64,000 nucleotides of DNA from a virus. The notes under the pieces are model-generated. The model did not search any database, was not told the DNA's origin, and saw nothing but the letters and a program-made list of their open reading frames with translations. The position numbers and the translations under genes are program-made. The stretch covers positions 96,001 through 160,000 of the IMG/VR virus record IMGVR_UViG_3300025168_000032, one strand, 5' to 3'. This document shows positions 55,516 through 62,871 of the stretch, piece by piece; position 1 is the stretch's first letter, and each line of letters begins with the position of its first letter.

Positions 55516-55801
55516 TTTATTTTTTGGAGGGGAAAAAGCCCCTAAAGAGGAAGCAGAAGCAGCCCTCATGAAAGACATGGTAGAATATACCGATAACCGA
55601 TTTTGGGTCCGTTTCGAGAGTGATGACACCAGCACACATCTAACCGCCATTATTGAGAGTAAGCACAACGCCACATCTTCACTATTTAAGTTAAAAAAAC
55701 CTTTGCCGGCTAAATATATGGGCTGGCGATTGATTGTTAAATCAGTTCCGCCTAACTATATAGAATATATTTTGCTTGCAAAGGAGAAAGCTAATGATTA
55801 G
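55508..55801 (+). CDS. Hypothetical protein
   Basis: GGAGG RBS. Confidence 0.6.
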   Translation: MSSLFFGGEKAPKEEAEAALMKDMVEYTDNRFWVRFESDDTSTHLTAIIESKHNATSSLFKLKKPLPAKYMGWRLIVKSVPPNYIEYILLAKEKAND

Positions 55802-55976
55802 GCCATTTAAAATAACAAAAAAACACTTAGGTAAGTACGAAGAACTCTCAAATTATGATCTTGGAATGTATGCAATCCAAGTCAGACCAGAACAACCCCT
55901 GATGGTGTACGAAACCATTCAGATAGCGGTCAAAGCATACAGTTATTTTCAGAACATAATCAAAAAGGACAATTAA
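55794..55976 (+). CDS. Hypothetical protein
   Basis: AGGAG RBS; stop lies in promoter copy 2. Confidence 0.55.
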   Translation: MIRPFKITKKHLGKYEELSNYDLGMYAIQVRPEQPLMVYETIQIAVKAYSYFQNIIKKDN

Positions 55977-56010
55977 TGTCCTACCCACCTACCCCCGAGC
56001 ATGATATGTT
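55967..56010 (+). promoter_or_regulatory. Palindromic early promoter module, copy 2
   Basis: GGACA-ATTAA-TGTCC-TACCCA-N17-TATGTT, CCAAGGAG RBS. Confidence 0.85.
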
Positions 56011-56033
56011 ATGTATACAACCAAGGAGATAGT

Positions 56034-56279
56034 ATGAATGAGAAACTTGAAGCGATCAAAGAAGCAATAACCTTTATTAGGCACAATTGGCTCGATAACT
56101 CTGGTATATGGAGAGGCGAACTAAATGACTTTGTTGGGGCCATCAAACTAAGCAATGTCTCAGGTCGCGAGGTCACGCGCTTAGTCAAAGCTATTGCTGA
56201 TGGTGAACACACACCAGTAGACGGGATAACTGGAACTTTACTTGGAGGAAAGTTGACAATCGTTAGGGTTTCGAGATGA
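56034..56279 (+). CDS. Hypothetical protein
   Basis: CCAAGGAG RBS supports ATG 56034. Confidence 0.6.
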   Translation: MNEKLEAIKEAITFIRHNWLDNSGIWRGELNDFVGAIKLSNVSGREVTRLVKAIADGEHTPVDGITGTLLGGKLTIVRVSR

Positions 56280-57070
56280 TAGGTATAGAGTGGGGATCAG
56301 GAACTGTACGTTGCAGCTTTTGTGGCAAAAGGGGGCACAATATCTCCTCCTGTAGCCATGTCGAGGAAGTATTCCAGACCATCACGAAGAACAACCAAGA
56401 CACAACAGATCTAACGTTCACTCAAAGACAAGCCGTGCATGAAATGAAAAATAGAACCGTCCGAAACCAAAAAAGAAAAAACCGTAGAAATGCTAAGAAA
56501 GGCTCACGCTGTTCTTTTTGTAGAGAGGGAGGGCACAGGAGAACTACCTGCACTAAACACAAGTCTTTTGGAAAAAAAATATATAGAGCAAACCAAATCT
56601 GGAAAAAAGAGTTTGCTGAACTTGTTAACGAGACTGGAATAGGCGTAGGGTCGCTTATCGAGTTTCCGAGAGCTTCAATCATGTGGTATGCAGCAGATAA
56701 CGACAAACTAAGGGGAATAGTTACTGCTTTTAATATGGATAGCCTAAACATATTTTCTGCTTGGCCTAATCAAGATAAATACAGAACCGTACCCAATATG
56801 ATTGTTGTAGACTGTGCGGATTATAAGCAGGTTAATTGGCCATTCAATAAAATCCAGCCGTTTGTTGATAACGGCCTAACTTTATCACGATGGGGTAACG
56901 TCACAACCGATATTATTTGTAGTGCTCCATGGCAGCCACCTACTGGGTGGCTGGAAAGCAAAGAAAACCCAGAGATTGAATATGTACTTGGCAGTCTTTC
57001 TCGTGAACATAGAGCGTATGCAGCAATTGACACCCTTGTAAAAAACTGGCTAAACAGGGATAATAAATGA
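56276..57070 (+). CDS. Double CCHC zinc-knuckle protein with SH3/KOW-like C-terminal part
   Basis: CSFCGKRGHNISSC and CSFCREGGHRRTTC (both CX2CX4HX4C). Confidence 0.8.
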   Translation: MIGIEWGSGTVRCSFCGKRGHNISSCSHVEEVFQTITKNNQDTTDLTFTQRQAVHEMKNRTVRNQKRKNRRNAKKGSRCSFCREGGHRRTTCTKHKSFGKKIYRANQIWKKEFAELVNETGIGVGSLIEFPRASIMWYAADNDKLRGIVTAFNMDSLNIFSAWPNQDKYRTVPNMIVVDCADYKQVNWPFNKIQPFVDNGLTLSRWGNVTTDIICSAPWQPPTGWLESKENPEIEYVLGSLSREHRAYAAIDTLVKNWLNRDNK

Positions 57071-57136
57071 GCAAGACGCTTAGGAGAGCAGTGATACGCT
57101 CAAGAACAAACAGCGAATGGTATAACACCAAAAGGC

Positions 57137-57180
57137 GGTCAAAAAATGACCTACCCGATTCACCAAAGGCAAGATATATT
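57137..57180 (+). promoter_or_regulatory. Palindromic early promoter module, copy 3
   Basis: GGTCA-AAAAA-TGACC-TACCCG-N17-TATATT, CCAAGGAGG RBS. Confidence 0.8.
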
Positions 57181-57204
57181 ACTAACACACCCAAGGAGGA
57201 TGTA

Positions 57205-57375
57205 ATGGTTGACGTTGACAAGATAATACAATATGAAAATGGAGAGATGCAGGAAGATGAAGTAATAGAGTTCTTTCAAGAGCTTATTAACACAGGTCAT
57301 GCTTGGACCCTCCAAGGGCATTACGGTAGAGTTGCCAGCGGTCTTATTAAGGCTGGCCTCTGTACAAGACCATGA
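57205..57375 (+). CDS. Small conserved-looking phage protein
   Basis: RBS after promoter copy 3; IIQYENGEM...FFQELINTGHAWTLQGHYGR. Confidence 0.7.
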   Translation: MVDVDKIIQYENGEMQEDEVIEFFQELINTGHAWTLQGHYGRVASGLIKAGLCTRP

Positions 57376-57539
57376 TGATCGGGGACTTGATCTATATTTC
57401 AGATTGGAAGGAGTATGCTATTGTAATGGAGAAGGGCGAGGTTTTTACTGATGAATGCTCATGGCGCGTGTCGATTATCTCAGACCCTGAATTGGTCGAA
57501 GTTTTTAGTTATGAGATGGAGGTGATTAATGAAGCATGA
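57372..57539 (+). CDS. 55-aa GDLV SH3/KOW-like protein (not in ORF track)
   Basis: MMIGDLIYISDWKEYAIV...MEVINEA*. Confidence 0.65.
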   Translation: MMIGDLIYISDWKEYAIVMEKGEVFTDECSWRVSIISDPELVEVFSYEMEVINEA

Positions 57540-57747
57540 ACCAGCTAAATACGAAGTTGGTGACTTGGTTGGCATTGGCTGGAATGGTAAGTTAAAATGC
57601 CCAAATCCAGCCATTGTGATAAAGGTTTTAGACCCCGTTTCTATCTCTTGCGGTAGCACCTTGTATGTCGTCAGACCAGTTAAGGACCATGAGAGTGAGA
57701 GTTGGTGTGACTATACGCATCTGACCCCTTGGGTAACGGACAAATAA
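57529..57747 (+). CDS. GDLV SH3/KOW-like protein
   Basis: YEVGDLVGI...AIVIKV...YVVRP. Confidence 0.7.
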   Translation: MKHEPAKYEVGDLVGIGWNGKLKCPNPAIVIKVLDPVSISCGSTLYVVRPVKDHESESWCDYTHLTPWVTDK

Positions 57748-57781
57748 TGTCCTACCCACCTACCCCTGCCTGTGATATACT
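57738..57781 (+). promoter_or_regulatory. Palindromic early promoter module, copy 4
   Basis: GGACA-AATAA-TGTCC-TACCCA-N17-TATACT. Confidence 0.85.
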
Positions 57782-57805
57782 ATATACATAACCAAGGAGA
57801 ACAAA

Positions 57806-57859
57806 ATGAACGAACATGAAGAAGAAGAAAGAATGTGGAGAACGTGGGGTGACCAATGA
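57806..57859 (+). CDS. 17-aa mini-ORF/remnant
   Basis: CCAAGGAGAACAAAATG context; MNEHEEEERMWRTWGDQ*; ATGA-coupled to next gene. Confidence 0.5.
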   Translation: MNEHEEEERMWRTWGDQ

Positions 57860-58029
57860 AAGTAGGAGATTTAGTAAGATACGATATGGATGATCTTTGC
57901 GTAGGTGTTGTCACCTGCATCGATCCAGAAGAGCTTGGTGATGATGGCGAAGTGGAAGTCGTTTGGGTCGGTGGTGCTGTAAGCAACCATTCAACTTATT
58001 TTTTGGAGGTGATCAGTGAAAATAAATGA
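57856..58029 (+). CDS. 57-aa GDLV SH3/KOW-like protein (not in ORF track)
   Basis: MKVGDLVRY...VGVVT...EVVW...FLEVISENK*. Confidence 0.7.
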   Translation: MKVGDLVRYDMDDLCVGVVTCIDPEELGDDGEVEVVWVGGAVSNHSTYFLEVISENK

Positions 58030-58210
58030 TTTAGTAAAAGTAGGTGACTTAGTAAGGTACAAACATCGTTACATAGGAGAACAGTTTGTAGTTGTAGCCG
58101 TTCGCACAAACCACACCAGCCCCAAACGTCTAAAGGTGCTGTGCGTATCAGCCAAGACCCTAAAAAAAACAAGATGGTCTTGGTCATCGACCGTTAGTGT
58201 GCTTGCGTGA
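58016..58210 (+). CDS. GDLV SH3/KOW-like protein
   Basis: VKVGDLVRY; GGAGG RBS, GTG start. Confidence 0.7.
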   Translation: MKINDLVKVGDLVRYKHRYIGEQFVVVAVRTNHTSPKRLKVLCVSAKTLKKTRWSWSSTVSVLA

Positions 58211-58413
58211 ATGTTGGTGATTTGGTCTGGGTATACCGCAATGCTCACCCAAGCCGAGAAAGGTTTATAGGTGTGATCACTGAGATCGAAGACCCTTGGG
58301 GTTCGGATCGTGGGTGTAGCGTGTTTGTTACCTTTTTTGACGGAGACTGGGGAGTATATCACCCATCCCAAATCAATCTTATCCCAAAAGAGAAAGAACA
58401 TGAAAGTAGGTGA
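58207..58413 (+). CDS. GDLV SH3/KOW-like protein
   Basis: MNVGDLVWV...IGVIT...VFVTF. Confidence 0.7.
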   Translation: MNVGDLVWVYRNAHPSRERFIGVITEIEDPWGSDRGCSVFVTFFDGDWGVYHPSQINLIPKEKEHESR

Positions 58414-58564
58414 TTTAATAGTGCCAACCAAAAGGATGCGAGACTTCGGCTATCACGAGGTTGGTATTGTAATTAGGATATGGGGTGGCAGATCGGTGGT
58501 CGCCTTTCCAGATGGAAGCTCCCAGACTTTCCACCCATCTCAATTGAAACCGGACAAAAATTGA
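58400..58564 (+). CDS. GDLV SH3/KOW-like protein
   Basis: MKVGDLIVP...VGIVI...VVAFPDG...QLKPDKN*. Confidence 0.7.
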   Translation: MKVGDLIVPTKRMRDFGYHEVGIVIRIWGGRSVVAFPDGSSQTFHPSQLKPDKN

Positions 58565-58595
58565 CCTACCCATGTACCCCCGAGCATGATATATT
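58552..58595 (+). promoter_or_regulatory. Palindromic early promoter module, copy 5
   Basis: GGACA-AAAAT-TGACC-TACCCA-N17-TATATT. Confidence 0.85.
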
Positions 58596-58618
58596 ATATG
58601 TAGACCCAAGGAGAAACC

Positions 58619-59323
58619 ATGAGAAGAAGAACATCAGAAGAAATCGCAGCAGCGATTGAAAGAGCAGAACAAATGGGAAGACATAGATCCGTAAAGGTTA
58701 TGGCTGATATGAAAACGCAATTTGACAGCCGAGGGTGTCTATCAGATCGCCAATGGGACTACTTGAACAAACTTATGCTTGATAATTGCAAAGCAGCATT
58801 GGTGGATTTTAATGAATACTTTGAACGCTTTACCACAGATAAAGAGTTTAGGGAAAAGGCGGAGGTCGTGTCTCGATATTACCAAGGGGCCGGACAATAC
58901 TACGTCAGAGCAGCGACGCAAACACTGATAGCATTAAAGAGTAATGACAAGAATGATTTGCCACCGTACCATTCTTTTTCCAAAATGATAAATAACAAAT
59001 ACGCTGATAAGGTATGGGATAGCCATAGTAAACCACCTTTATATTCAGCAGGTGACTTGATAAAAATACGCTCTACTGGTATCAATCGGATATGGAGCCA
59101 AAGAAAAAGCACCGAAGAGGAGCAAGCTGGGATCGAGAACCTCAACAGCCACCCTTGTTTGGTCATCAAGGCAAACGCGAAACCCATCACTACTGCGCTT
59201 CAATACAAACCAAAACAGGGTGGCGCAAGGGTTTACTCTGTTATGCCAGTCGGCAGCACGTTGATTTACTATATCTTAGAATGTGATTTGAAGAAGAATC
59301 GCACACCAAAAGCCAAAAAATAG
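58619..59323 (+). CDS. Hypothetical protein with LSDRQ motif and C-terminal SH3/KOW-like domain
   Basis: GCLSDRQWDYL; LYSAGDLIKIR...CLVI...YSVMP. Confidence 0.65.
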   Translation: MRRRTSEEIAAAIERAEQMGRHRSVKVMADMKTQFDSRGCLSDRQWDYLNKLMLDNCKAALVDFNEYFERFTTDKEFREKAEVVSRYYQGAGQYYVRAATQTLIALKSNDKNDLPPYHSFSKMINNKYADKVWDSHSKPPLYSAGDLIKIRSTGINRIWSQRKSTEEEQAGIENLNSHPCLVIKANAKPITTALQYKPKQGGARVYSVMPVGSTLIYYILECDLKKNRTPKAKK

Positions 59324-59331
59324 GGACTGAT

Positions 59332-59598
59332 ATGGATATTATATTTGAAGAGGTGCCGCTGCCATTCAAACTTGGCCTTGGAAACAAAAATGGCAAGATA
59401 ACAAGAGTGCTGGTGCACCATAAGGGAAATTTTTATATAGTATCAGAGAACACAGCCCTAAAAGAGACGCTGGTTTTTCCTGCTTCTCCAACGGGCGAGA
59501 TACTTGACTGGGTTGAAGTGGGCGGCGGAGACGGATTAACACTAAAAGAGGTTTTGGCTAACTTCGACCAGAACCTACATTCCGAGATGTATTTTTAA
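59332..59598 (+). CDS. Hypothetical protein
   Basis: 88-aa ORF between gene and promoter copy 6. Confidence 0.6.
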   Translation: MDIIFEEVPLPFKLGLGNKNGKITRVLVHHKGNFYIVSENTALKETLVFPASPTGEILDWVEVGGGDGLTLKEVLANFDQNLHSEMYF

Positions 59599-59601
59599 GC
59601 C

Positions 59602-59645
59602 GGACATTTTCTGACCTACCCATCTACCCCTGCCCATGATACATT
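59602..59645 (+). promoter_or_regulatory. Palindromic early promoter module, copy 6
   Basis: GGACA-TTTTC-TGACC-TACCCA-N17-TACATT. Confidence 0.85.
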
Positions 59646-59669
59646 GTATACAGAACCAAGGAGAACCCA

Positions 59670-60539
59670 ATGAAAATATTTGAAGAAAAGAACAGACCCA
59701 CACACAAAAGCAGTGCGAACGCTTGTGGCTATTGCCGCAACACAGGACACAATAGATCCAACTGTCCTCATGCACCAGAAGACTGGTCACACTTTACCAC
59801 TTATCAAATACCATTGAAGACCTCAAAGGTACAATCTCAATGGATAAAGTATCCAAAGTATTGGGGTGCTTGGTATGAAGAGTGTAAAAAGACTGTGGAA
59901 CTTCAACAGCGCAATGCACAAAAGGTCAAGGCTAAAAGATCGACAACCAGACACTGTGGTTTCTGTGGTGATGCTGGTCACACTCGTCGTAACTGCTCAG
60001 AGATGGAGGAGTTCCTTAAACAGTGCTACAAAGCCAATGAGAACTGGCGAAGGGCTGCATACAACATTCTCGTTAAAGAGCATGGCATTGATATAGGGGC
60101 AGCGGTGCAAGTTTCCCAAAGTCAGTGGGTTGGGGGTGAGAATATTAAGACTGAACATATTGGACTCATCACCTCCGTTAATTGGGATAGTTTAAATGTT
60201 ATGACTGCTTATGACAGCGGCTATGATTGGCAGCGGTATGCCCAATGTATTGACGTTAGGGTCATGGTTGACGGAAAAGATCATCGTCTTTCACTAAAAG
60301 ACAAGCTTCACGGTACGTCTCTTTCAGAGGTAATCAACAAGAGAAACACAAATACAGGCTATTATTATCAGCAACTTTCCTTAGACAAGGTGATCGGCAA
60401 GTCAGCGCAGCCACTAAAAGAAGAATGGGTCACGTCTTACAAAGACGCTTTTGATTACCTTGCTAAGAAGCTTAGTTTAGAACAGCTTGAAGATCGTGGG
60501 ATACTCAGTCATATCCAAAGCTGGGCAAATCGGTCATAA
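59670..60539 (+). CDS. Double CCHC zinc-knuckle protein, paralog of 56276..57070
   Basis: CGYCRNTGHNRSNC and CGFCGDAGHTRRNC; shared YKANENW and GLITSVNWDSLNV segments. Confidence 0.8.
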   Translation: MKIFEEKNRPTHKSSANACGYCRNTGHNRSNCPHAPEDWSHFTTYQIPLKTSKVQSQWIKYPKYWGAWYEECKKTVELQQRNAQKVKAKRSTTRHCGFCGDAGHTRRNCSEMEEFLKQCYKANENWRRAAYNILVKEHGIDIGAAVQVSQSQWVGGENIKTEHIGLITSVNWDSLNVMTAYDSGYDWQRYAQCIDVRVMVDGKDHRLSLKDKLHGTSLSEVINKRNTNTGYYYQQLSLDKVIGKSAQPLKEEWVTSYKDAFDYLAKKLSLEQLEDRGILSHIQSWANRS

Positions 60540-60575
60540 TCTGTCCTACCCAATTCCTATCCACCATGATACATT
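60532..60575 (+). promoter_or_regulatory. Palindromic early promoter module, copy 7
   Basis: GGTCA-TAATC-TGTCC-TACCCA-N17-TACATT. Confidence 0.85.
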
Positions 60576-60599
60576 GTATACAGAACCAAGGAGAACAAA

Positions 60600-60752
60600 A
60601 TGAAGTTTAAAGTAGGAGATTTAGTAAAGACCCACCGTGGCAATGTTGCCCTCGTTACAGAGGTTGGCGAAGACTGGTGCAATATACTATTTTGCAACAG
60701 TGGGTTTTTAAGAACTGGCTTTCCAGCGTGGTGGTTAGAGGTGGTACAATGA
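60600..60752 (+). CDS. 50-aa GDLV SH3/KOW-like protein (not in ORF track)
   Basis: MKFKVGDLVKTHRGNVALVTEV...WLEVVQ*. Confidence 0.7.
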   Translation: MKFKVGDLVKTHRGNVALVTEVGEDWCNILFCNSGFLRTGFPAWWLEVVQ

Positions 60753-60898
60753 AAATCGGTGATTTAGTAAAATACGATTACGATGGAGATACCGGCATAG
60801 TCATTGACATAGATGCAACTGGTATGCTTTTCGTTCACTGGAGTGACGGCAAAGAAGGGTGGCATATCCACAGCGAGTTGGAGGCAGTATGCAAGTAG
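60749..60898 (+). CDS. GDLV SH3/KOW-like protein
   Basis: MKIGDLVKY..DTGIVI...FVHW...ELEAVCK*. Confidence 0.75.
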   Translation: MKIGDLVKYDYDGDTGIVIDIDATGMLFVHWSDGKEGWHIHSELEAVCK

Positions 60899-60908
60899 GT
60901 GATTTAGT
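60879..60908 (+). repeat. 30-bp gene-junction repeat, copy 1
   Basis: TGGAGGCAGTATGCAAGTAGGTGATTTAGT. Confidence 0.85.
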
Positions 60909-61044
60909 CAAGAACAGGCACGGCAACACGGGGATCATTACAAAACGATATGGCTTCAAGAAACGGAGGACTTGGTGGGTGCATTGGCTTTGTGGTGAGG
61001 ACTGCCCGATTCATGAGCGATTTGTGGAGGCAGTATGCAGATAG
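60889..61044 (+). CDS. GDLV SH3/KOW-like protein
   Basis: MQVGDLVKN..NTGIIT...WVHW...FVEAVCR*. Confidence 0.75.
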   Translation: MQVGDLVKNRHGNTGIITKRYGFKKRRTWWVHWLCGEDCPIHERFVEAVCR

Positions 61045-61054
61045 GTGATTTAGT
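61025..61054 (+). repeat. 30-bp gene-junction repeat, copy 2
   Basis: TGGAGGCAGTATGCAGATAGGTGATTTAGT (2 mismatches to copy 1). Confidence 0.85.
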
Positions 61055-61271
61055 AAGGATAGATAAGAGTTCCGCTATGGTTGGTCACGTTGGCAAGGTG
61101 GGCTTAGTTGTCAGAAGAGTGAAACAAACATTGAAGCCATCTAACACGTGGCTGATCGCGTTTTCAGATGGCAGTACGGTTATTTTTCATAGAGTAGATT
61201 TATTAGAGGTGCCAAATGAAAATAGGAGATTTAGTACAACTATCAGCTTATGGGGAAGCGAGGAACCATAA
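61035..61271 (+). CDS. GDLV SH3/KOW-like protein
   Basis: MQIGDLVRI...VGLVV...WLIAF...LLEV. Confidence 0.7.
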   Translation: MQIGDLVRIDKSSAMVGHVGKVGLVVRRVKQTLKPSNTWLIAFSDGSTVIFHRVDLLEVPNENRRFSTTISLWGSEEP

Positions 61272-61431
61272 CCACGGTTGGTATGGTGGCTGGGGGCTTA
61301 TATTGGAAATCCATAATGACTCAACCTATCCCATCAAAGCCCAGTGGTACAATACCCGTAGTGGCAAAGATCAAGGCGGAGCGCGATTCCACCCAAGAGA
61401 ATTGAAGAAATATAAACCGGACAAAAATTGA
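61216..61431 (+). CDS. GDLV SH3/KOW-like protein
   Basis: MKIGDLVQL...WGLILEI...KAQW...ELKKYKPDKN*. Confidence 0.75.
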   Translation: MKIGDLVQLSAYGEARNHNHGWYGGWGLILEIHNDSTYPIKAQWYNTRSGKDQGGARFHPRELKKYKPDKN

Positions 61432-61462
61432 CCTACCCATTTACCCCTGACCATGCTATATT
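61419..61462 (+). promoter_or_regulatory. Palindromic early promoter module, copy 8
   Basis: GGACA-AAAAT-TGACC-TACCCA-N17-TATATT. Confidence 0.85.
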
Positions 61463-61486
61463 ATGTACAGAACCAAGGAGAACAAA

Positions 61487-61657
61487 ATGCAAGTAGGTGA
61501 TTTAATGATTGACGAAAAGACCTTGAGGGAAATAGGGGAAGCAGTTTATGTCATCTTTCTTGGTTACAACCAATGGGGTGAGATCAAGGTTATGCTTCCA
61601 GACGGATTTGTTTACCAAGGCTGCGAATTGGACTTCAAGGAGGTAGTATGCAAGTAG
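61487..61657 (+). CDS. GDLV SH3/KOW-like protein
   Basis: MQVGDLMID...FKEVVCK*. Confidence 0.7.
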   Translation: MQVGDLMIDEKTLREIGEAVYVIFLGYNQWGEIKVMLPDGFVYQGCELDFKEVVCK

Positions 61658-61667
61658 GTGATTTAGT
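61638..61667 (+). repeat. 30-bp gene-junction repeat, copy 3
   Basis: AGGAGGTAGTATGCAAGTAGGTGATTTAGT (2 mismatches). Confidence 0.85.
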
Positions 61668-61866
61668 AAAGCAAAAAAGCGATTGGGTTCGGCACAATCC
61701 GTGGATGAGTGGTACTGAACTTGATGACAGCCCAGACATCTTGGGAATTATAGTAAAGGTTGAGGTTCCAGCGTGTTCCATAACATCTGGCTGGTATATA
61801 ATTGAATGGCTGAACGGTGGAAGGAACCACACAAAAGGAGACAGGTTGGAGGCAATATGCAAGTAG
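61648..61866 (+). CDS. GDLV SH3/KOW-like protein
   Basis: MQVGDLVKQ...LGIIVKV...YIIEW...LEAICK*. Confidence 0.75.
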   Translation: MQVGDLVKQKSDWVRHNPWMSGTELDDSPDILGIIVKVEVPACSITSGWYIIEWLNGGRNHTKGDRLEAICK

Positions 61867-61876
61867 GAGATTTGGT
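61847..61876 (+). repeat. 30-bp gene-junction repeat, copy 4
   Basis: TGGAGGCAATATGCAAGTAGGAGATTTGGT (3 mismatches). Confidence 0.85.
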
Positions 61877-62069
61877 AACAAGAGATAAGTACCACATGAG
61901 TCATGGCAAATTATTCGGAACCATCGTAAAAAGGAAGCCGCTGGAATTTTGCTTGGGCCCCGACGGAAAGCAGGCATATCAATATAAAATCTATTGGTTG
62001 TGTTGTCAAACAAAGATTTGTGCCGATGACTGGTGGATCGATCAATTTTTGGAGGCAGTATGCAAGTAG
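61857..62069 (+). CDS. GDLV SH3/KOW-like protein
   Basis: MQVGDLVTR...FGTIVK...YKIYW...FLEAVCK*. Confidence 0.75.
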   Translation: MQVGDLVTRDKYHMSHGKLFGTIVKRKPLEFCLGPDGKQAYQYKIYWLCCQTKICADDWWIDQFLEAVCK

Positions 62070-62079
62070 GTGATTTGGT
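62050..62079 (+). repeat. 30-bp gene-junction repeat, copy 5
   Basis: TGGAGGCAGTATGCAAGTAGGTGATTTGGT (1 mismatch). Confidence 0.85.
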
Positions 62080-62236
62080 AACCCACAGACCAACAGGAGC
62101 GGTGGGTATTATTATAGAAGAGAACGGGACCAGTGTCTGTATCGTGTGGAACTACGACCCATTGCATAAAGACGAGGGTGAAGAGGAGTGGATAAGCAAG
62201 TTTTTCATCGAAAACCTAAAACCGGTCAAAAAATGA
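62060..62236 (+). CDS. GDLV SH3/KOW-like protein
   Basis: MQVGDLVTH...AVGIII...CIVW...LKPVKK*. Confidence 0.75.
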   Translation: MQVGDLVTHRPTGAVGIIIEENGTSVCIVWNYDPLHKDEGEEEWISKFFIENLKPVKK

Positions 62237-62267
62237 CCTACCCATCCACCCCTGCCTATGCTATATT
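62224..62267 (+). promoter_or_regulatory. Palindromic early promoter module, copy 9
   Basis: GGTCA-AAAAA-TGACC-TACCCA-N17-TATATT. Confidence 0.85.
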
Positions 62268-62292
62268 ATATACATAACCAAGGAGAAAACTT

Positions 62293-62583
62293 ATGACCTT
62301 TCGCAATATGAAACAACTAAAATCTTTCAGTCACTCGCAAGGATGGCACTACTTTGCTTGGGATGTTGTGCATGGTCGTCGAACCCAAAAGACCCCACCT
62401 TATGGAGGCTGCGTTTTTGTAGCATCGGAGAAACATAGTGATGGAACTCGATACTACGATATTCTTAGAATTATGCCCTTGGGTAACATTAAGTATGTAC
62501 CCAGCAATAGGCCGTTCACGAACAGAAAGAAAGCTCACGCTTTTGCAAAAGCCTTCGCAAAGAAAATCTCACAACGGACATAA
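62293..62583 (+). CDS. Hypothetical early protein
   Basis: CCAAGGAG RBS; stop inside promoter copy 10. Confidence 0.65.
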   Translation: MTFRNMKQLKSFSHSQGWHYFAWDVVHGRRTQKTPPYGGCVFVASEKHSDGTRYYDILRIMPLGNIKYVPSNRPFTNRKKAHAFAKAFAKKISQRT

Positions 62584-62619
62584 ATTGTCCTACCCATTCA
62601 GACTGAAACAGCATATATT
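62576..62619 (+). promoter_or_regulatory. Palindromic early promoter module, copy 10
   Basis: GGACA-TAAAT-TGTCC-TACCCA-N17-TATATT. Confidence 0.85.
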
Positions 62620-62643
62620 ACTTATACCAACCAAGGAGAGAGC

Positions 62644-62868
62644 ATGTCAAAACAAACAACATTCATCGTATCAGGCTGGGTAGAGCGTCACTACCGACTG
62701 GAAATAGAAGCTTCTTCTTATGAGGAGGCAGAAAGGATAGCAGAGAGCAAGCTTGATTATTCAGAGGGTTCCGAGCTTGATGATTATGAGGATGGTACAC
62801 ACGTTCGCATTAGTGATGTAGAGTGTGAAGACCCCGAATGGGATGAAGAATCCGAAGAAGAATTATAA
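62644..62868 (+). CDS. Small acidic protein, DpnD/PcfM-like pattern
   Basis: TFIVSGWVERHYRLEIEASSYEEAERIA. Confidence 0.6.
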   Translation: MSKQTTFIVSGWVERHYRLEIEASSYEEAERIAESKLDYSEGSELDDYEDGTHVRISDVECEDPEWDEESEEEL

Positions 62869-62871
62869 AAC

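Noticed and set aside
57067-57204. ORF-track start at 57067 for the 57375-ending gene
   Set aside because: Promoter copy 3 and a CCAAGGAGG RBS lie inside this stretch, supporting ATG 57205
58561-58566. Reading TTGACC in the early modules as an ordinary -35 box
   Set aside because: It lies 23 nt from the -10 hexamer in every copy and is often TGTCC; spacing fits TACCCR as the -35-position element instead
60879-62079. CRISPR array interpretation of the 30-bp repeats
   Set aside because: Intervening sequences are 115-180 nt intact ORFs with irregular spacing, the repeat is non-palindromic and coding, and no cas genes are present
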